From the NCBI GenBank assembly GCA_049516875.1, contig JBEKSS010000001.1, positions 192,001 through 256,000 of the forward strand: a stretch of DNA of 64,000 nt, given 5' to 3'. A program made the translations under genes and the position numbers. Source of the stretch: Candidatus Bathyarchaeia archaeon. GTDB taxonomy: Archaea; Thermoproteota; Bathyarchaeia; Bathyarchaeales; Bathycorpusculaceae. Shown here one piece after another: positions 49,449 through 58,893 of the stretch (positions within the stretch are counted from its first letter, which is position 1; each line of letters opens with the position of its first letter). The notes under the pieces were generated by a model that saw nothing but the letters and a program-made list of their open reading frames with translations, searched no databases and was not told where the DNA came from.

Positions 49449-50150
49449 TTGCCCTTCGATGACGCCTTGACTGTTGCAATAATCACGGTAGCGGTGATCA
49501 TCGCTTGTTTAATCGTTGTTTTTTCCATGCGAAGGCGAGGAAAAAAGGAGAAAAAAGCCGCCGAAGAGGAACTGCAGGCTGATCTTAGGGGTTACCCGTT
49601 TAAAGTCAGCAAAAGCGTCCCTGCCGAGGATGCTTCACACGCCAAGGAAGAACTCCGGATATTGGATTTAGAGAGGGAGATTCTAAGCGACGCGATCAGG
49701 CGGCTTTATGAAGCACACGCGGAAGGAAAAATAACGGAAGAAGAGAGAGAAAGGCTTGCACAGACGTACAAGTCTCGAATGATGACGGTGAAGGACGCCA
49801 TTTCGAAAGACGAGTCTGTCGTGGCTTTGCACGAGCTTGAAAACATGCAGCAGGACTTGATGAAACTGTTCAGCGAACGATTCGACGAACTGAGCTCAAA
49901 AATCGAAGAGTTGCGGACAAAGACCGAAATCAAATCGATAAAAGAAATAACCATCGCTTCAAAAGCGTTGACAACGGAAACCCCTGCTTCTGAAGAAAAA
50001 CCAGGGGAAGAAGAGAAGGTCAAAAAGAAGAAGAAACCAGCGCCAGCCAAACCCAGTCCGAGAACAGAAGCAGAGAAAAGAATAGAAGAAATCAGAGCCG
50101 AAGTAGAAAAGGTCCTGGACAAACTGGGGCAGATGGAAATTGAATCCTAA
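49449..50150 (+). CDS. Membrane-anchored coiled-coil protein
   Basis: N-terminal TM, long heptad-rich region; overlaps rpiA start. Confidence 0.8.
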   Translation: MPFDDALTVAIITVAVIIACLIVVFSMRRRGKKEKKAAEEELQADLRGYPFKVSKSVPAEDASHAKEELRILDLEREILSDAIRRLYEAHAEGKITEEERERLAQTYKSRMMTVKDAISKDESVVALHELENMQQDLMKLFSERFDELSSKIEELRTKTEIKSIKEITIASKALTTETPASEEKPGEEEKVKKKKKPAPAKPSPRTEAEKRIEEIRAEVEKVLDKLGQMEIES

Positions 50151-50862
50151 ACAAGACTGGGTTGAAAAAGCCAAGAAAAGCGCCGCCCTAGAAGCTGTAA
50201 AACATGTCAAAGACGGCTTCACAGTCGGGCTGGGAAGCGGAACCACAGCCGCCTACGCTATCGAAGAAATCGGAAAAAAGATGAAACGCGAAAAGCTGCG
50301 CGTTCAGGGCGTTCCAACATCATACCAAGCCTTCATGCTCGCCGTACAACACGGAATCCCAGTAACAACCCTTGAGGAACAGCCCATACTGGATTTGACA
50401 ATTGACGGAGCAGACCAGATAGACCCAGAACTGAACCTCATCAAAGGCATGGGCGGAGCACTCGCACGTGAAAAAATCGTTGCCTCCGCATCGAAAAAAC
50501 TGATCATAATCGCCGATGAAAACAAGAAAGTCAAGGCTCTAGGAGAAAACAATCACCCAGTGCCCATAGAAGCACTGCCCTTTGCAGCTTCATTTGTAAT
50601 GAAAAGAATAAGAGAAATGTACGGAACACCTGTTTTAAGGGAAGGAAAGGGGAAAGTCGGACCAGTCATAACGGACAACGGAAACGTCATCATCGACGCT
50701 GACTTTGGACTTGTGCACAAGCCGACAGAGTTGGAACGCAAACTGAGGCCCATGCCAGGAATTGTAGAAACCGGTCTATTTGTCAATATGGCAGACATAG
50801 CATACATAGGAAAACATTCCAACGTCGAGAAACTAACAAAAAAGCAGGCCCAAGATTTCTAG
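50140..50862 (+). CDS. rpiA: Ribose-5-phosphate isomerase A
   Basis: GLGSGTT, DGADQ, IKGMGGALAREK, TDNGN, PGIVETGLF. Confidence 0.97.
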   Translation: MNPKQDWVEKAKKSAALEAVKHVKDGFTVGLGSGTTAAYAIEEIGKKMKREKLRVQGVPTSYQAFMLAVQHGIPVTTLEEQPILDLTIDGADQIDPELNLIKGMGGALAREKIVASASKKLIIIADENKKVKALGENNHPVPIEALPFAASFVMKRIREMYGTPVLREGKGKVGPVITDNGNVIIDADFGLVHKPTELERKLRPMPGIVETGLFVNMADIAYIGKHSNVEKLTKKQAQDF

Positions 50863-50991
50863 CAGGTAATATTCGCACCCACCAACAAAACCCTGAATTA
50901 TATTCGACCCAAGTAGCAAACGCTTGACAAGACAATGGCATAAATAACCTTAAATCAACCCTTCCCAAACAAAATAGCCAAGAAACACACC

Positions 50992-51107
50992 GCCGGGGTA
51001 GCCTAGCCTGGCCAGGGCGCCAGACTCATAATCTGGAGAACAATAAACGGGGCACAAAGGCGCCCAGTGTCCAGAAGTCGCGGGCTCGAATCCCGCCCCC
51101 GGCACCA
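50992..51107 (+). tRNA. Elongator tRNA-Met(CAT) with 38-nt non-canonical intron in the variable loop (51039-51076)
   Basis: GCCGGGG/CCCCGGC acceptor, CCAGA-CTCATAA-TCTGG; removing 51039-51076 restores AGGTC; encoded CCA. Confidence 0.9.
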
Positions 51108-51218
51108 CTATCACGTACTTGGCACGATTGTCGTCTATGGCAATTTGATGACGGTTAAGCATTAGGTCTTGATGGCCCTCTCCGACCAAGACAGCGCGCG
51201 TTAACAGATCGAGCTGCC

Positions 51219-51803
51219 CTAGAAGTGCTGGTACGAGACCGTTTCCTCAAGCTTCTTCCTGTACGGAGCGGGAGGCTCAACGCTCGGATGACCAATCTGG
51301 ACTATCCCCGTTATCCTGTAGTTTTTCGGCACCCACAGAATACGTTTCACACTGCTCTCTTCCCTTCGACTGTAAAACGTGTACACACAACTACCCAGTC
51401 CCTCAGCCGTAGCAGCCAGCAACACGTTTTCAACAGCCATCCAAACAGACGCCAGCACCAGCTCCTCTTTCACGTCCTGCAAAAGCTCGTAGCACACCGT
51501 CATCAGAACCGGCACGTTCCTCATGTACGATTTGTCCCAAGTTCCACCCCGAGCAACCAAATACTTCGCCCGCTCAGGAGAAAAACTCCTCCAGTGCTCC
51601 CTGCTAAAACCCGTGCAAACCTCCGCTATTTTCCCTTTAACCTGAACATCAGTGACCAACACGAAGCGCCAAGGCTGACAGTTGCCAGCCGAGGGAGCCC
51701 AACGCCCAGCCTCAAGAACCCTGCCAAGCACATCCGCAGCAACAGGATCCGGCCTAAACTTCCTAATACTCCGCCGTTTCGCAGCGAGCACCATAAACTC
51801 CAT
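51219..51803 (-). CDS. Nitroreductase family protein
   Basis: RRSIRKF, WAPSAGNCQPW, LAATAEGLGS. Confidence 0.92.
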   Translation of the reverse strand: MEFMVLAAKRRSIRKFRPDPVAADVLGRVLEAGRWAPSAGNCQPWRFVLVTDVQVKGKIAEVCTGFSREHWRSFSPERAKYLVARGGTWDKSYMRNVPVLMTVCYELLQDVKEELVLASVWMAVENVLLAATAEGLGSCVYTFYSRREESSVKRILWVPKNYRITGIVQIGHPSVEPPAPYRKKLEETVSYQHF

Positions 51804-51894
51804 TCACTTGCAGCCTCCCACTCACACCATATGCAGCAACACACTTACAAAACTAACGACTAACCCGTTACCAGCGCGCACAAGAAACAAACAC

Positions 51895-52045
51895 ATCAAA
51901 ACACCCAAAACTTTTGACACTCAAAAACTAGGCAGAATTGAGTAAAAAAAGCACGGAACCAACATGCTTCAACAATGTTTTGACACTCAAAGAAATCACG
52001 GATTGAGCACTCAAACACAAGGCCTCGAAACCCAACACACAGCCA
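51895..52045 (+). repeat. 151-bp non-coding element, copy 1 (TTTTGACACTCAAA / TTGAG box array)
   Basis: Colinear with the reverse complement of 58273-58423; 18 mismatches by hand alignment. Confidence 0.9.
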
Positions 52046-52145
52046 ACTCAGGCATGCAGTCGGCCCAATTGCAATAGCCTAAAAACGCGCCCAACATGAT
52101 TTCTTTGAGAATTCAGCTTCGCAATGATTCTTTCAGCGCAGCCCT

Positions 52146-53303
52146 TCAGGTTTCCTTAGATATGGACGTTGCGTTTCTCGTCGACAACTCAAGCTGGTCC
52201 CCGAAGCCCCTTTTAACATAGGCGTTCTTGATGACGATTCTGTCGCCCACCTTCAAGTCCTTCACAGAATCCACATGGCCTCGCCACGCTGAAACCCACA
52301 TCCTGCCCGTTTCATCCATCAACTCGAAAGTAGCCAACTTCAAAACCTCCTGCCTCGACGTTTTCACGTCCCTAACCATCGACCCAGTAACAACCTCTCC
52401 CACAACGTTAACACCTTCCAAACCCTCCTTCAAACCCGCCAACGGCAAAAACTCCGAAAAAGCCTGAACCCCAACATAAGTTGCTCCGTCAACGTGAACC
52501 TCCAGTTCTCCACCCGCCGCTCTCTTGACCTTCGCGTTCACCACCTCCAACCCCGCGCCCACCTTAAGCAACCCTTCAAACTCGTCAACCTTCTCGTTCC
52601 AAACCACAACCGAAGCTTCCCCCGTGCCATCAGACAAAACAAACCGCATAACCTTCCCAGAACTCGAATCCGACCGCTCAAACTGCGACACCGAACCCAA
52701 CCGTTTAACAGTGCCAGCCACATTCACCCTACCGCCCTTCTGAACACGCGGCAACTCACCGATTCTCGTCGTAAACTTGCCAATCGAAGGATAATCCTTC
52801 GACCTCACGTCCGCCGGGTTAACCTCAACAGTGCACTTCTCTCCAGCGTGCACCTCGACCCTGCCACCATAATCCTCACGAGTGTACACGTGCCGCAAAC
52901 GAATCACCTCTCCAACATTCACCCCGCCAGACTCTGTCAAACCCGCCTTGTCGTTCCACAGCACCACCCGCAGGACACCACTCTCATCGACGATGAGCAA
53001 GCCTGCAAACCTCCCCCGCCTGCTCCCGTTAAAAGCTCTCGGAGAAAACACGGCAACAACTCGCCCGACCACGCTGATGCCATTCAGCCCAGGAATCAAA
53101 CCCCCCAGCAACAGAGCAGGCGCCACAGCCTCACCGTTCACAACCTCACAGCCAAACCCCGCCGCAACCATCCGCAGAAGAGTCTCATCAGCAATCAAGC
53201 CGCCAGCCCTTCTCCTCTCCGCCTCCAGCCTCTCCAGAACGGATTCCTTCGAAACCCCAGGACAACACGAAAGAATACGCTCGACCATCTCTTCAAACGT
53301 CAT
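52146..53303 (-). CDS. Replication protein A / multi-OB-fold ssDNA-binding protein
   Basis: Three OB folds (DESG.LRVVLW, DGTG..SVVVW, DETG..WVSAW). Confidence 0.9.
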   Translation of the reverse strand: MTFEEMVERILSCCPGVSKESVLERLEAERRRAGGLIADETLLRMVAAGFGCEVVNGEAVAPALLLGGLIPGLNGISVVGRVVAVFSPRAFNGSRRGRFAGLLIVDESGVLRVVLWNDKAGLTESGGVNVGEVIRLRHVYTREDYGGRVEVHAGEKCTVEVNPADVRSKDYPSIGKFTTRIGELPRVQKGGRVNVAGTVKRLGSVSQFERSDSSSGKVMRFVLSDGTGEASVVVWNEKVDEFEGLLKVGAGLEVVNAKVKRAAGGELEVHVDGATYVGVQAFSEFLPLAGLKEGLEGVNVVGEVVTGSMVRDVKTSRQEVLKLATFELMDETGRMWVSAWRGHVDSVKDLKVGDRIVIKNAYVKRGFGDQLELSTRNATSISKET

Positions 53304-53381
53304 CTCAACCTCAACAACACTGCAAAAGTGAAACGGCTCGCGCTATAAAGCTTATTAAAAGCCGCCGGCGACTCTAAACAT

Positions 53382-53660
53382 TTGAAGGAGCAAAAAATGG
53401 ACACACAGACACTATACAGCCTAGGCACGACGCTAGCCTTCGCCGGAATTCTAATCATCATAGTCGCAACCGCACTCATCGTCCTGTCAAAAAACAGAAA
53501 GAAAGGAAACGTCAAAGGGGCCGGAGCAATAATAATCGGGCCAATCCCGATAGTCTTCGGCACAGACAAAGAATCGCTAAAAACGGTCCTGCTGCTCTCA
53601 ATCGGGCTCACAGCACTCCTGATAATACTAATCCTAGTGCTCCACTTCTTATCCAGATAA
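53382..53660 (+). CDS. DUF131 (TIGR00304-like) membrane protein
   Basis: GAGAIIIGPIPIVFGT. Confidence 0.88.
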   Translation: MKEQKMDTQTLYSLGTTLAFAGILIIIVATALIVLSKNRKKGNVKGAGAIIIGPIPIVFGTDKESLKTVLLLSIGLTALLIILILVLHFLSR

Positions 53661-53677
53661 ACGAGGAAAACACGACA

Positions 53678-53983
53678 ATGGCAACGCACCAAACAGCCAA
53701 ACCCGGCAAATACGAACCTGACACACCGCCAAAGTTCCTAACCCTGCTCATCCTCGAGTTCTCATTAATGATCCTCGGCCTAATACTCGTCACAGTCGCC
53801 ACCGCGCTTTCACAGGACGGCTCAACAAGCTTCGGCGGAATCATCTTCATCGGCCCCCTCCCAATCGTCTTCGGCGCCGGTCCGGGAGCACAGTGGCTGA
53901 TTCTTTTCGCCGCAATCCTGACAGTTCTAAGCGTCATCACTTTTCTAGCATTGCGCAGAAAACCGGACAACACAAAGGTCTAA
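53678..53983 (+). CDS. DUF131-like membrane protein (second copy)
   Basis: FGGIIFIGPLPIVFG. Confidence 0.82.
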   Translation: MATHQTAKPGKYEPDTPPKFLTLLILEFSLMILGLILVTVATALSQDGSTSFGGIIFIGPLPIVFGAGPGAQWLILFAAILTVLSVITFLALRRKPDNTKV

Positions 53984-54139
53984 GATTCTTCCTTTTCCTC
54001 TTTACCATAAAACACGTACAGAAATATCAGAGCCAACGCGATAAACGTCGCAGCCATCATCACAAACTTGAGTAGTGTAAAGTACTCTCCCAGTTCCATT
54101 GGAACAGTCTCCTTTCACACTCTATTCGAGTTTAAATAT

Positions 54140-54568
54140 TTAAACAGTAGCTTTTTTCCACTCGTTCATGAGCGAATCGTAAAGCTCATCATGCTCCTCT
54201 ATGCCTTCATACCAGCCCAAAGCCTTAGCCAGCTTCTGCGCAATCAGATGATAGCACAAGTGAACCTTCTTGTCCACAACTCGAAAATAAAAGTCATCAC
54301 ACGTGCAGAACTCAGCCTCAGGCATTATCAGGTAATCCCGCTCCTTCCCAACAACTATCCAAACGATCCTGCCACTCGGCCTGAAAACATACCTCTTCAC
54401 CCGATTCTCCTTCAAAGCCTCAAAAGCCCTCGTGAAACGCTGCCAAAAGACCTCATAAAGCCTCGTCAAATCCTTACCGGTCAGTCTACCCTCTGCCTTT
54501 GCTCCTTTGCACACAGCGTTTAACAGTTCATTCTCAGATTCTTCGTCCATAACACGCAAACTACCCAA
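54140..54568 (-). CDS. SWIM zinc-finger protein
   Basis: FCTCDDF...CYHL. Confidence 0.85.
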   Translation of the reverse strand: MGSLRVMDEESENELLNAVCKGAKAEGRLTGKDLTRLYEVFWQRFTRAFEALKENRVKRYVFRPSGRIVWIVVGKERDYLIMPEAEFCTCDDFYFRVVDKKVHLCYHLIAQKLAKALGWYEGIEEHDELYDSLMNEWKKATV

Positions 54569-54593
54569 TCAGCAACGTCAAAGAAAGACGAGG

Positions 54594-55202
54594 CTACTCT
54601 ATGCTTATGGGTTCGCCCCTAGGCGGTTTTCCATCTTTTGCTCTTGGCAAGGTGACCTCCAGCACACCGTTCTTGTACTGCGACTTTGCCTCTCTCACCC
54701 TGACTTTCCCAGGCAAAGAGACCTCCTTGAAGTACTTGCGCTGAGGGGTGTCCACCATTATGGTCAAAGTGTCCTCGGTTCCGCTCAGCTTTATGTCCTC
54801 CTTCTCAACGCCTGGCAGTTCAGCCACAACCTGGATTTCACCGTTCATCTCAACTATGTCCACCAGAGGCTCACGCTCCTCCTGCACGTGGGGAAGTCCG
54901 TTTCGCCTCGGCTTGACGTTTCCAAACTCGCGGATTTTAGGCTTCCCGTCAGGACCCACTTTCATACTGTAGCCGTACACGAAAGGCCCAAACTCGCGCG
55001 CTGTCGAACCGTCCGGCAGTCTACGCTCCCTCACGTAGTCTTTGGGAACTCGGGAAGCGAAATCTCTGAACTCTTCTTCCATCATCTTCTCCATCTCTTC
55101 GAAAATCTTGTCAACATCATCAAAGCCCCAGTCTCTGAAGAAGGGAGATCGCCTCTTCCTGTACCACTCTGGATCATCCTCCGAAGGCATCGCATCCATC
55201 AC
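54594..55202 (-). CDS. hsp20: Archaeal small heat shock protein Hsp20
   Basis: GPFVYGYS..VGPDGKP..REFGN, ELPGV.KEDI, YKNGVLEV. Confidence 0.95.
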   Translation of the reverse strand: MMDAMPSEDDPEWYRKRRSPFFRDWGFDDVDKIFEEMEKMMEEEFRDFASRVPKDYVRERRLPDGSTAREFGPFVYGYSMKVGPDGKPKIREFGNVKPRRNGLPHVQEEREPLVDIVEMNGEIQVVAELPGVEKEDIKLSGTEDTLTIMVDTPQRKYFKEVSLPGKVRVREAKSQYKNGVLEVTLPRAKDGKPPRGEPISIE

Positions 55203-55256
55203 CCTTGCCTAAAATGAACAACGCGTTTGTCTATAAATGTTGTGCGGCACGGGCGC

Positions 55257-56102
55257 TCAGCTCAAGATTCTAAGCTGCTCGATGGTCCCAAGCAGAGTCC
55301 CGTCAAGTAGATAAGCCTCAGCCGTCCTCATGTCAACGGCCTCCGACCTCAGAACCGGTCCCGTCACCATCTCAGCCCTGGAACTGCCGGTTGACCTCCT
55401 CTCGTTTAACGGTTTCCCCCCTAAAAAATCGTTAAAGGAAGGCATTATGAAGAGCTGCGAGGCCCGTGGCTTCATCCCGTAATGCTCATAAAAAGTCTCC
55501 TCAGCACTTCCTTCAATCTTTACTCTGTGTTTCCGCAGCAAAACCTCGGAAAGCTTGCTCCCATCACAGCCTGCCTTCACCCAAACCTGCCTCGTCACCC
55601 TGAACCCCGCGGGGTCACGAAACACGACCACGGGGTGAACGTGTCCCATCACCAACGTCTTGCATTTCAGAAGGGCTGGCGAAGGCCACTGATGCCCGTG
55701 GAAAAAGCCCACATCATCAAAAGCCACGCCTGTTCCCGGCAGAACACTTATTCCCTCGGGCAACAGCGGCTCAAGGTTTCCGTCATGATTACCACGAATT
55801 ATGAATACTTGTTGCACACGCTTCTTCAACGCGCTGAAGAAGTCAGGGATGTCGCGCCACTCCATCGCCTCCGCCTTGGCAACCGTGTGCTTCACATCGC
55901 CCAACACGAGGAGTTCATCCGCCTTGTATTCTGACAAGAGATCCATGAGTCTGTTCAGAAGCTTGGGCGTTTGTGTTGGAACGTGTATGCCCTTACCTGA
56001 AAGAGACATCTCCCACCCTATGTGCAGGTCGGCTACGGCCATAAGCCGAGTCCCACGCGATTTCAGAAGCGCGGCTGGAAAAGGTGGCAGCGGCGTTATC
56101 AT
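55257..56102 (-). CDS. Metallophosphoesterase (calcineurin-like)
   Basis: DLH, GD, GNHD, HGH, GHVHP, PSFN. Confidence 0.9.
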   Translation of the reverse strand: MITPLPPFPAALLKSRGTRLMAVADLHIGWEMSLSGKGIHVPTQTPKLLNRLMDLLSEYKADELLVLGDVKHTVAKAEAMEWRDIPDFFSALKKRVQQVFIIRGNHDGNLEPLLPEGISVLPGTGVAFDDVGFFHGHQWPSPALLKCKTLVMGHVHPVVVFRDPAGFRVTRQVWVKAGCDGSKLSEVLLRKHRVKIEGSAEETFYEHYGMKPRASQLFIMPSFNDFLGGKPLNERRSTGSSRAEMVTGPVLRSEAVDMRTAEAYLLDGTLLGTIEQLRILS

Positions 56103-56935
56103 TCTTTTTCCTTTCCAGACTTCACCAAACCGAGTATAGACCTGTGCATTTCAGCGTTAGCGGCGGCTATAAACTCCACCTTCTGCCCGGGATCGAGCTT
56201 CACATCTAACGGTTTCCCATCTGGCATCGTTAGCATCGCGCCCGCCTCCTCAACAATCAGGCAAGCAGCCGCAACATCCGTGGCGCGCAACTTTCCACGA
56301 ATGTCAACGAAGGCGTCGGTTGTCCCATCCGCCACGTAACACAGTTCCAGCGCGTTAGCCCCGAAGTGCCGTATGTGCCTCGTCTTCTTGATCAACCTTG
56401 TCAGTCTGGAAGCGATTCTCTCCACCTTGTAGCTGTTCAAGTCCACTCCTATGACCGCCTCTTCAAGCGAGACGTTGTCGGAAGGAGAGATCCTTCGATT
56501 GTCACGAAGGGAACCCCTAGCCTTCTGCGCTGTGTACGTTACACCGTGGAATAAGTCTGCCACCAAAGCTGAGTGTGCATCCTTCAAAAATGGTTTCTCG
56601 GACACTGCAATTGAAGTTGCGTAGAAGGGAACCCTCCTCATCAAGTTTGTCGTGCCGTCTATCGGGTCAACCGTCACGTAACATTCTTGAGGGCGTTCCC
56701 CGTATTTTCGCACGCCGGATTCCTCGCTTATCAACGTGAAAGAAACTCCCCGCCTCGTCAACGTGCCGACTACAGCGTTTTCAGCCGCCAAATCTATCTT
56801 TCTTATTGGATCGCCGCCTGCTCCGATGCCCAAGTCTGGCTGAGGCTGATCCAGCGTTTCAAGCAGTGGAGCGATTTGCTCCTGTATCTTGTTCTTACAC
56901 TGCACCAGTATCTCCAGCCAGCTATTCTGCCTCAT
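56099..56935 (-). CDS. Inositol monophosphatase / fructose-1,6-bisphosphatase
   Basis: SEE, DPIDGTTN, R.FGANALE, DVAA...EEAG; start placed at ATG 56935. Confidence 0.92.
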   Translation of the reverse strand: MRQNSWLEILVQCKNKIQEQIAPLLETLDQPQPDLGIGAGGDPIRKIDLAAENAVVGTLTRRGVSFTLISEESGVRKYGERPQECYVTVDPIDGTTNLMRRVPFYATSIAVSEKPFLKDAHSALVADLFHGVTYTAQKARGSLRDNRRISPSDNVSLEEAVIGVDLNSYKVERIASRLTRLIKKTRHIRHFGANALELCYVADGTTDAFVDIRGKLRATDVAAACLIVEEAGAMLTMPDGKPLDVKLDPGQKVEFIAAANAEMHRSILGLVKSGKEKE

Positions 56936-57140
56936 CAAAGCTCTCCGTCCTTCCATACGACTGCTCTCGTTAAAGCCTTTGCTGAAGACGACGGCAGCAC
57001 GGGAAAATTGAACTGAAAAACCTCGTCCTAAGCCGCGGTTGACGTGCACTAGAAAAGAATATTCTAGAAAAGAGTTCTCTAACATAACATCAGAAAGTCT
57101 TTAAACGCATGTGCACAATCAGCATCTGCTGGATCTGTCG

Positions 57141-57359
57141 ATGGCTTTCAAGATTGCGGGAGTACTGGAGATGCTGAGCGATGGAAAATGGCACACGTTG
57201 CAGGGAATTCGAAGGAAAACGAGCTTGAACAGTGGTCAGGTCCAGCAGGTTGTTGGGTTTCTGAAGGAGTACGAGTTCGTGACAATCGATGAGACAGGAA
57301 AGAAGATAAGAATCGAAGAAGCTGTTAGAAAATTCCTGACTCAAGAGACTACTTCATGA
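57141..57359 (+). CDS. Small winged-helix protein
   Basis: LSDGKWHTL, FLKEYEFV. Confidence 0.65.
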   Translation: MAFKIAGVLEMLSDGKWHTLQGIRRKTSLNSGQVQQVVGFLKEYEFVTIDETGKKIRIEEAVRKFLTQETTS

Positions 57360-57642
57360 GGGCTTTCAAACCCCTGTACGCCTTTAGAAATTCTCTGCCT
57401 TTTTCAGTGACCTCGAAAGTGTCGGACTCAGACCTGTTTGCATGGCCGTTCAGGTGCAGCAATCCATTCCCAAGCAGAAAACTTGAATAACTCTTCAACT
57501 GTTTAAAACTCAAGTTGCACCGGTACATCAGATAAGTCTTTTTAACCCCGCCATAGGAAGCATCCAAAATATCTGCGATGATGTCAAAATTGCCACGATG
57601 GTTATTGCTTATGCTTCCTTCAGGCTCGATCAATAAACCCAC
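57349..57642 (-). CDS. Winged-helix transcriptional regulator
   Basis: DIIADIL, KKTYLMYRCNLSFKQL..Y, TEKGREFL. Confidence 0.85.
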   Translation of the reverse strand: MGLLIEPEGSISNNHRGNFDIIADILDASYGGVKKTYLMYRCNLSFKQLKSYSSFLLGNGLLHLNGHANRSESDTFEVTEKGREFLKAYRGLKALMK

Positions 57643-57779
57643 GACCGTAGACTGTTTACAGGGCCAGTGGAAACTTCTTTCTCCCAGATAATATACAGAG
57701 AACGGAAATTTAAACGTTCTGAAAAATGGAAAATCATAAAAAATGGCTAGAATGGATACGGGTGGAGAGAAAAAGACGT

Positions 57780-58118
57780 TTATTGTCTGAAAAAGGATCT
57801 GCAGTTGCCCGTTCTCTTGCGTCTGACTATACTGATAACCATGCCAAAAGCTGCAATAGCAGTTGCGTAGTAGGCGAGCGGAGGGCTGGCAGGCGTTTTC
57901 GCGAAGGAAACGGAGTAACCTCCTACTGGTCGAGGGCGCACGCTTCGCGTCCGCCCATTCTCCGAACGAAATGGGTCTGTTGATGACAGGGACGGTGCCA
58001 GCCCATTTGCTGTCTATGGGGGTTCCAGTGTGAGCGGAGCAGATTGAAGCTTCAAAACTGGGAGGAAGAGGATAATCAGCGTTACTGCGAGAAACACAGT
58101 TGCTGCTACCCTCTTCAT
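57780..58118 (-). pseudogene. Internally deleted surface-protein gene (signal peptide joined to PVGG-TM-basic anchor)
   Basis: MKRVAATVFLAVTLIILFLPV.. / HTGTPIDSKWAGTVPVINRPISFGEWADA / PVGGYSVS..YYATAIAAFGMVISIVRRKR in successive frames. Confidence 0.7.
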
Positions 58119-58272
58119 GGTCTTACCCTTCTCCTCCCCGTGATTTTGTAAGTGTCATGCGCCAGCTTTTAAGAATTGTGGAATTAAGTTCTATCTGACG
58201 TACAACAGTTCAGAAATCAAATTACGATGCACCTGTGGATGGGCGGCCTCCATTTTCCCATGATTGGCGCGC

Positions 58273-58423
58273 TGGCTACATGTTGGAATTCGAGACCTTG
58301 TGTTTGAGTACTCAATCCGTGATTTCTTTGAGTGCCAAAACATTGTTGAACAATGTTGGTTCAGCGCTTTTTTTACTCAATTCCGCGAGGCTTTTGAGTG
58401 CCAAAAGTTTTGGGTGTTTTGAT
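58273..58423 (-). repeat. 151-bp non-coding element, copy 2 (inverted)
   Basis: Reverse complement matches 51895-52045; contains perfect palindrome TTGAGTACTCAA. Confidence 0.9.
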
Positions 58424-58599
58424 TTTTCTTGAGGTCTCTGTTTTGCTGGTTTCTTCCGTTAGAGAGTGGGTTTTGGAGTGGGTTCTGGTTGGGTGGCGAG
58501 GTGGTGTGTAGGTTGCGCTTCAGGATGGTTTTGCCCTGCTGTTTTTATGTTTGAAGGATCTGTGTATTCAGTCAGAGTCGGGTTGGGTGGGGTTTTCAG

Positions 58600-58893
58600 G
58601 TGCTTGAGTATCTTGTTGTTATGTTGGTCTTTGCGCTTCCTTTCGTTTTGTTTGCTCTGCACAAGAGGCGGTTTTCCGCGCTGGGTTTGGCAGCTGTCAC
58701 GGGTCTGACTATAAGTGTGCTGTGGGACTTGATTTCCGCTGTTCTTTCCACATGTGGTTGTGGAATGCAGACATCCTTCTTTGTGTGATGATAGGCCGTT
58801 GCCGCTTGAAGAATACCTGTTCATGGTGCTGGTTCCGATGATGCTTGTAGGAGCGGCGCTAATCTTCAATCTCTATGAGCCTGCCCCAAGATG
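58600..58893 (+). pseudogene. Lycopene cyclase domain (CrtYc/d-type) gene, frameshifted
   Basis: ..LWDLISAV / FHMWLWNADILL.VMIG / LPLEEYLFMVLVP spread across shifted frames. Confidence 0.7.

Noticed and set aside
51895-52045. Internal repeats as a mini-CRISPR array
   Set aside because: Only two short units, spacers conserved between the two genomic copies, and no cas genes.
52494-53348. 284-aa plus-strand ORF opposite RPA (also 51225-51863, 58459-58869)
   Set aside because: Shadow ORFs caused by extreme C/A skew depleting stop codons; no recognisable motifs.
54094-54106. GTTCCATTGGAAC palindrome resembling a mini-ORB (also CCAGTGGAAAC at ~57664)
   Set aside because: Isolated copies with no G-string array, no clear unwinding element and no cdc6/orc1 in the window; not enough to call an origin.
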